Positions 58,998-64,000 of a DNA stretch of 64,000 nucleotides are shown here, in pieces (within the stretch, counting starts at the first letter, position 1; every line of letters begins with the position of its first letter). The position numbers and the translations under genes are program-made. Source of the DNA: Nitrospinales bacterium (GTDB lineage: Bacteria > Nitrospinota > Nitrospinia > Nitrospinales > VA-1); assembly GCA_965223795.1 (NCBI GenBank), contig CBDCXL010000002.1:2336001-2400000 (forward strand). The letters are read 5' to 3'. The notes under the pieces are model-generated. The model did no database searches and was not told the origin of the DNA. It was given only the letters and a program-made list of their open reading frames with translations.

Positions 58998-60383
58998 TCA
59001 CTCGCTCGGCGCATCGGCATCGAGCAAATCGTCGCCTTTTTCTTTGCTGCGTTCCTCCGCCACTTTTTCTTCCATTTGCGTGTCTTTGTCCGTGTCCGAA
59101 ATCTCGATGGAGCGCGAAGGACCCGGCCTGGAAGGATCGGGTTTGCCGGAGGCGGATTGGGATTTCATGGGAACGATTTTTTCATTGGCGGGTGCGGCGG
59201 ATTGTTCCAGCCGCAGGCGATAGATCGGTTCCGGAAGCTCCATACCGCCGTTCTCCAATGCCGACTTCGTCAACCGGATCGCCTCACTGCGCGCAGAGAA
59301 CAGGCTGGTCTTTCTCTGGTCGATCCAGCCCGCGAACCAGAGAATCACACTGGAGTCGCCCACGGTTTCAATCCAGCCCAGCGGCTTGGGATCGTCGAGG
59401 ACAAACTCCAGCCGTTTGAGCGTGTCCAATCCCAGATCCACCGCCTTTTTGAGGTCGGCATCCGCGTTCACGCCGAGGGTGAATTCGAACCGCCGGTCGG
59501 GGTGGCTGCTGAAATTTTTAATCACTCCCTTGAATACCCTGGAATTGGGAATGCGGACGTGATTGCCGTCGAACGTCAGCAGGATCGTCGCCCGGGACGT
59601 GAGCCGGATGACGTGACCTTCATATTCCTCAATCATCACGTGGTCGTTAGGGCGAAAGGGCTGCCGAATGCTGAGTAGAATGCTCGCGATGTAATTTTCG
59701 ATGGTGTCGCGGACGGCAAACCCGAAAGCCAGTCCAACGATTCCCGCCGCTCCGAGCAACGTTCCCAACAATGCGGTGGCCCCCAGGATGTCCAGCGCTG
59801 CCACCAGTCCCAGGATGATGAATACCAGCCGCACCAGCTGACGAATGAGATCGGCAAGAAACGCATTGGGTGCGATCCGATTCCAAGGATTGTCGAGCCG
59901 GGCGATCCAGAGTCCCAACAGCACACAGGTGAGGAAGGCGGCGACCGCCACACCGAACAAGGGCAGTAGCCGGATGCCTTCCTGCGCCCGGTCGAACAGT
60001 TTTTCCAGCGCCGGGGCCAGACGCTCTTCCACAGATGTTTCCTGCCGGATTTCATTGTTGATGGTCGCCACGCCTTCGATGCGCGCGGTGAGTGTTTCCG
60101 CCTGACGGATGGTTTCCGTGTCGATGGCGCTTCCTTTTAATGTCACCACTCCTGCGTTCACTTCGACGGTAACGTTACGCAGCGTTTCGATCTCATCGAA
60201 TATGGAACGGATGCGTTCGTGGATCGCCTGATCCGATTGAGCCGTGTGCTCCAGTTCAATTGCGGGCGGCGCGGGCTCTTTTCCATTTTCGTCCTGCGCG
60301 TGCGCGGGGTTAAAGAGAATGAGCGCCCACACTGCTTGAGCCAGAAAATAAGAAAGACTTACGGTGACGGCAAAGCTTCGCAT
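58998..60383 (-). CDS. mscS: Mechanosensitive channel MscS with N-terminal BON domain
   Basis: Signal/TM, BON (V.V..GVVTL.G...IEGV..I.N.I), FGFAVRDTIENY, PFRPND.V, VRIPNS. Start at the ATG at 60383. Confidence 0.9.
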   Translation of the reverse strand: MRSFAVTVSLSYFLAQAVWALILFNPAHAQDENGKEPAPPAIELEHTAQSDQAIHERIRSIFDEIETLRNVTVEVNAGVVTLKGSAIDTETIRQAETLTARIEGVATINNEIRQETSVEERLAPALEKLFDRAQEGIRLLPLFGVAVAAFLTCVLLGLWIARLDNPWNRIAPNAFLADLIRQLVRLVFIILGLVAALDILGATALLGTLLGAAGIVGLAFGFAVRDTIENYIASILLSIRQPFRPNDHVMIEEYEGHVIRLTSRATILLTFDGNHVRIPNSRVFKGVIKNFSSHPDRRFEFTLGVNADADLKKAVDLGLDTLKRLEFVLDDPKPLGWIETVGDSSVILWFAGWIDQRKTSLFSARSEAIRLTKSALENGGMELPEPIYRLRLEQSAAPANEKIVPMKSQSASGKPDPSRPGPSRSIEISDTDKDTQMEEKVAEERSKEKGDDLLDADAPSE

Positions 60384-60419
60384 TGAGACCTTCCAGAGAA
60401 AAATTCTTTTTTTTAAGCA

Positions 60420-60435
60420 AGCAAAATCATTGCCA
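60420..60435 (-). promoter_or_regulatory. Sigma-54 promoter of BON-mscS
   Basis: Minus strand TGGCAATGATTTTGCT. Confidence 0.8.
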
Positions 60436-60672
60436 CAAAAGATTCCGGATGCAGGAGCATGCCGAACTTGAAACTGAGAATGTATTCCGGATCGTTTGTT
60501 TATAGCACACCGAAGGAATCCCGGAGATCCCGCGGATGGCATGAATCCCGGTTCGTTATCGAGATAAATAAGAAGCGATTACCACCATGCCTGGTGCATT
60601 TAAACCACTTCGCAAAGCGATCCCAATGGGAGCCAGGCACCCATTGTCTTATTCAAGAACACTTTAAGAAGA

Positions 60673-60688
60673 TGGCACCGGTCTTGCT
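60673..60688 (+). promoter_or_regulatory. Sigma-54 promoter of yqaE
   Basis: TGGCACCGGTCTTGCT. Confidence 0.85.
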
Positions 60689-60777
60689 TTTAGACGGATG
60701 ACCATACAGGCCAATCTATTTTTTGGGGGACTCCTATGCAAAAGCATGGCTCTCACATTCAAACAAAAGAGGAACAC

Positions 60778-60942
60778 ATGGCGGACTTTCTTCGTATTCT
60801 GCTGTCGATCCTGCTGCCTCCACTCGGTGTCTTCATGCAGGTGGGGATTGGCAAGCATTTCTGGATCAATATTCTTCTGACCATCCTGGGCTACATCCCC
60901 GGGATCGTGCATGCCGTCTGGATCATTGCCAAACGTGGATAA
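60778..60942 (+). CDS. yqaE: YqaE/Pmp3 family small membrane protein (54 aa)
   Basis: ILLPPLGVF...FWINILLTILGYIPGIVHA.W; SD GAGGA. Confidence 0.92.
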   Translation: MADFLRILLSILLPPLGVFMQVGIGKHFWINILLTILGYIPGIVHAVWIIAKRG

Positions 60943-61108
60943 TGGCTTTCTATCCTCTTTCCGAATGACATCCAATAAAAAAGTGTGTTGAAGCATCTAT
61001 CGGTTTCGGCGGCCGCAACTCTGGGTGATTACCACCACGCTGTGGAATACGCCGATACTGCTCTGCATACGAAGCATGAATCAAAAGGGATTAGGCAGAC
61101 GGAGTTTT

Positions 61109-61124
61109 TGGCATACCTCTTGCT
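61109..61124 (+). promoter_or_regulatory. Sigma-54 promoter of DUF1328-csbD-csbD-osmY
   Basis: TGGCATACCTCTTGCT. Confidence 0.85.
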
Positions 61125-61216
61125 CTTTTCAGGATTAAAAAAACGAATCTGTCAGAGACGAGTCCCGCTTCGAATGTCTGTATGACCCGATCGGGCACAA
61201 GAACAGGAGAGACACC

Positions 61217-61390
61217 ATGCTCAATCTTGCCATTTTGTTTTTTGTCATCGCGCTGATCGCAGGCGTGTTTGGTTTTGGCGGCATCGCCGGAACCGCTGCC
61301 GGTATCGCGCAAACTCTTTTTTACATTTTTGTGATTCTGCTTTTGATTTCCATCGTCGTGCATTTTGTCCGGAGACAGCGTCCCCTGTGA
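61217..61390 (+). CDS. DUF1328/YtjA family small membrane protein (57 aa, missing from the ORF track)
   Basis: [47 protein letters not shown]...; SD AGGAG. Confidence 0.92.
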   Translation: MLNLAILFFVIALIAGVFGFGGIAGTAAGIAQTLFYIFVILLLISIVVHFVRRQRPL

Positions 61391-61439
61391 ATCCATAAAC
61401 GTGTTTAGAAATATGCAACCTTACAAGAAAGGATGAATC

Positions 61440-61646
61440 ATGAACAAAGACATCGCTGAAGGAAAATGGAAACAGCTTAAAGGCAAAGTGAAAGAAACCT
61501 GGGGCAAGCTTACGGATGATGAAATCGACCGGATCAACGGTCAAACCGAACAGCTCACAGGTATGATCCAGGAAAAATACGGCGTATCACGGGAAGAAGC
61601 GGAAGAGCAGGCGGAATCGTTTCGAAAGAGCAACGGCTGCGATTGA
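61440..61646 (+). CDS. csbD: CsbD/YjbJ family stress protein
   Basis: MNKDIAEGKWKQLKGKVKETWGKLTDD...G.IQEKYG...EEAE. Confidence 0.95.
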   Translation: MNKDIAEGKWKQLKGKVKETWGKLTDDEIDRINGQTEQLTGMIQEKYGVSREEAEEQAESFRKSNGCD

Positions 61647-61697
61647 GAACCGCTTCACACGCTGTCATGCAATCCCACAAGTATTTGAGTGAATCTT

Positions 61698-61916
61698 ATG
61701 AACAGGAACAACGATCGAATCTTGTCGGATAAATTCAACAAAATGATTCAGGATACCTGGTGCGAATTCACGGATCAGGAAATTGAATCGATCCAGGGAG
61801 AAGTCGACCGCCTGGCCTTGGCTCTTCAAAACAAGTACAGCACCTCGCCTGAAGAAGCAAGACGGCAGGCGGAGTTGTTCAAAAGCCGCTTTTTAACCTG
61901 GAATCGTCAACCTTAG
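61698..61916 (+). CDS. Divergent CsbD-like protein
   Basis: W.EFTDQEI..IQG..DRL...LQNKY....EEA.RQ aligns with the upstream CsbD. Confidence 0.65.
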   Translation: MNRNNDRILSDKFNKMIQDTWCEFTDQEIESIQGEVDRLALALQNKYSTSPEEARRQAELFKSRFLTWNRQP

Positions 61917-61939
61917 ATTTAATCAATAAGGAATACACT

Positions 61940-62608
61940 ATGAATAAAAAGATCATCGACAATGCAGGATTTGGTTTTAAATCCGTTCTCTCTGTGGCTT
62001 TTGCCGCGATCCTGATCCTGGCGGGTACCGGCGTTCAGGCATCGGACGGGTCCAAGCATGAGAAATCGGACAAGGATTGTCAAACCATGGCGGATAAAGG
62101 CAAAGACACCTGGATCCAGGGAAAACTGGAAGCCGCCTACCTGTTGAACAAACATCTCAACTCCATGGAAATCGACACCGTGGTGAAAAACAACACTGTA
62201 TTTCTTTCCGGCAACGTGGACACGGATGTCGAGAAAGACCTGGCAGGTGAAATCGCCAAAAGCATCGAAGGCGTGGATGAAGTGGAGAACAAGCTGACCG
62301 TGCGTCCTGACCGTTTCAAAAAGAACAAGGATAAGACCGCGAAAAGTGAAGAAGACGAAAACGGTGAAAGAGACTTTGCGCAGAAAGTGAAGGACGCCAC
62401 CATCACCGCTGCAGTTAAAGTGAAACTTCTGACCAACTCCAACACCGACGGCAGCGACATCAACGTGGACACCGTGCGTCAGACCGTGACCCTGCAGGGG
62501 AAGGTGCATTCTCCAGAGGAGAAGGATCTCGCGGAAAAAATCGCCATGAACACGGATGATGTTCTCAAGGTGACCAATGAGTTGAAGGTGGACACATCGA
62601 AGGAATGA
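61940..62608 (+). CDS. osmY: OsmY-like periplasmic protein with two BON domains
   Basis: Signal peptide; two BON repeats (DTWI..K...V.LSG.V...GV.EVEN.L; DATIT..VK...VTLQG.V). Confidence 0.88.
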   Translation: MNKKIIDNAGFGFKSVLSVAFAAILILAGTGVQASDGSKHEKSDKDCQTMADKGKDTWIQGKLEAAYLLNKHLNSMEIDTVVKNNTVFLSGNVDTDVEKDLAGEIAKSIEGVDEVENKLTVRPDRFKKNKDKTAKSEEDENGERDFAQKVKDATITAAVKVKLLTNSNTDGSDINVDTVRQTVTLQGKVHSPEEKDLAEKIAMNTDDVLKVTNELKVDTSKE

Positions 62609-62613
62609 GTGTT

Positions 62614-62732
62614 CTCCCCGACTCACTGGAGAGGGCCGCCAGTCCAGCCACTGGCGGCCCCCTCTAACTGAATGAATGGGCGTCCTCCCCGACGCTCGGG
62701 AGAGAGCCGCCAGACCAGCCCCCGGGCGGCCC
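62614..62732 (+). repeat. Tandem pair of ~47-nt structured repeats (candidate sRNA)
   Basis: CTCCCCGAC-N5-GGAGAG-N-GCCGCCAG-N-CCAGCC-N3/4-GGCGGCCC at 62614-62660 and 62685-62732. Confidence 0.7.
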
Positions 62733-62736
62733 ACTC

Positions 62737-62771
62737 AACCGGTCGGGCCTTGATAGGCCCGACCGGTTTTA
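62737..62771 (+). terminator. Rho-independent terminator after osmY and the repeat
   Basis: AACCGGTCGGGCCT-TGAT-AGGCCCGACCGGTT followed by TT. Confidence 0.8.
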
Positions 62772-63029
62772 TTCTGCTGTCCGAACTTTACCGGATAGGA
62801 CGGAATCTGTGCAATTACAGCCATTAATTCGTTTCTTTAGCATTTTGTGGCTGCTTGAACAGCACACCCTTACCCTAACATTCCGCCAATATTTAGACTT
62901 ACTTTCAAAGTTGAAAAATATTTCTTGCCAATTGCCATGAATCGGATTAACTTCAGGTATTCAAAACAGTGCCATTTCTCTCCCGCTCCCGTTTCAAGCA
63001 CTTCTGATGCAATAGAAGGAGACGATTGC

Positions 63030-64000
63030 ATGTCCAAAAAAATGCTTATCATCAAGCATGACACGGAATCGGGATCCGGGTTGGGCAAGCACTACCGCGA
63101 CCGGGGTTGGCTGGTGGAACGCGTGTCCAGCATCGCGGCTGCGAAAGAAACGATGGAGCAGAAGGACTGGGTCCCGCATGTCATCCTCGCCAATGTCGGC
63201 CTTTCCGACGGAAAGATCCTCGACCACCTGACGGAACTGCAAAAATACAGCAAATATTCTGAATGGATTTTCCTCGTCGAAGAGGCGGACCAGAAAGACC
63301 TGGACCGGGTCAGCGAACTGGCTTACGATTTTCTGCAGAAGCCTTTCAACGAGAAGCGTCTCGATACGCTTGTCGGGCGTGCCCACCGGGCGGCGCTGTG
63401 CAACCTGAAGCTGGAAAATTATTCCGCCGCCTCGCGCAAAAAATATCAGATCGACGCTTACATTGGTAAAAGCGAACCGGTGCAGGAATTGAAAAGCATG
63501 CTCCGGGACCTGACGAAGGTCGAAATCAGCGCCATGATCATCAACGGCGAGACCGGAACCGGGAAGGGGCTTGTGGCGCGCATTCTGCACCACGCCAGTG
63601 AACTGCGCAAGGACGGTCCGCTTGTGGAGATGAACTGCGCCGGGCTTCCCAGGGAATTGATGGAGTCGGAGATCTTCGGCCACGAAGCGGGAGCCTTCAC
63701 CGGGGCGAAGAGCCGGCACCGGGGCTACATGGAGCAGGCGGACGGCGGCACTCTGTTCATGGACGAAATTTCGGACATGCCGATGGACCTGCAGGCGAAA
63801 CTGCTCAAGGCCATCGAGGACAAAAGAATCCGCAGGCTCGGATCGGAGCGGGAAATCGCCCTCGACGTTCAGATCATCGCCGCTTCCGGCATCGATCTGA
63901 AGGAGGCGGTTAAACGCAAAGAGTTCCGCAGCGACCTGTATCACCGTCTGTCGATATTTTGCCTGAGCCTGCCGCCGCTGCGTTCCCGGAAAAGCGATCT
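63030..64000 (+). CDS. Sigma-54-dependent enhancer-binding protein (NtrC family) with an atypical receiver (partial)
   Basis: Not in the ORF track. From ATG at 63030 (SD AAGGAG): REC-like N-terminus, GETGTGKG, NCA, ESEIFGHE.GAFTGA, GGTLFMDEI, FRSDLYHRL. Confidence 0.93.
   Translation, partial: MSKKMLIIKHDTESGSGLGKHYRDRGWLVERVSSIAAAKETMEQKDWVPHVILANVGLSDGKILDHLTELQKYSKYSEWIFLVEEADQKDLDRVSELAYDFLQKPFNEKRLDTLVGRAHRAALCNLKLENYSAASRKKYQIDAYIGKSEPVQELKSMLRDLTKVEISAMIINGETGTGKGLVARILHHASELRKDGPLVEMNCAGLPRELMESEIFGHEAGAFTGAKSRHRGYMEQADGGTLFMDEISDMPMDLQAKLLKAIEDKRIRRLGSEREIALDVQIIAASGIDLKEAVKRKEFRSDLYHRLSIFCLSLPPLRSRKSD

Overview
This window comes from a motile nitrite-oxidising bacterium, most likely Nitrospinota (Nitrospina-like); this is inferred from a contiguous, Tat-exported nxrABC operon. 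(1) 1-20.1 kb is GC-rich core genome. It holds a Gld-like ABC transporter, four short flagellin genes plus flaG with sigma-28 promoters and CsrA-type GGA hairpins, an SpsF-like cytidylyltransferase, hisAF, an O-antigen ligase, rmlC, an SDR, a SirB1-like protein, a 1-Cys peroxiredoxin and tRNA-Lys(CTT). (2) Immediately after the tRNA the sequence becomes visibly AT-richer. Decayed IS3 and IS481 fragments come first, then a ~20.5 kb, 14-gene acyl-CoA catabolic cluster that is unexpected in a chemolithoautotroph. It contains a split IcmF-type B12 isobutyryl-CoA mutase, the prpDBC methylcitrate cycle, a fused IOR-family 2-oxoacid:ferredoxin oxidoreductase, two acyl-CoA dehydrogenases, a crotonase, a 3-hydroxyacyl-CoA dehydrogenase, a canonical thiolase, an HDAF-type thiolase/DUF35 pair and a nitrilase-fold protein. 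(3) A GAF/HisKA_3 kinase and a NarL/UvrY-type regulator precede nxrA-nxrB-nxrC, and the nxrA leader contains a large three-way-junction inverted repeat. (4) 55-64 kb is an osmotic/general-stress block (trkH, trkA, two mscS, yqaE, DUF1328, two csbD, osmY). All four of its transcription units carry a consensus sigma-54 promoter, and the block lies next to an enhancer-binding protein with a degenerate receiver domain and a tandemly duplicated structured RNA-like element. All calls come from reading motifs by eye; no database searches were run.
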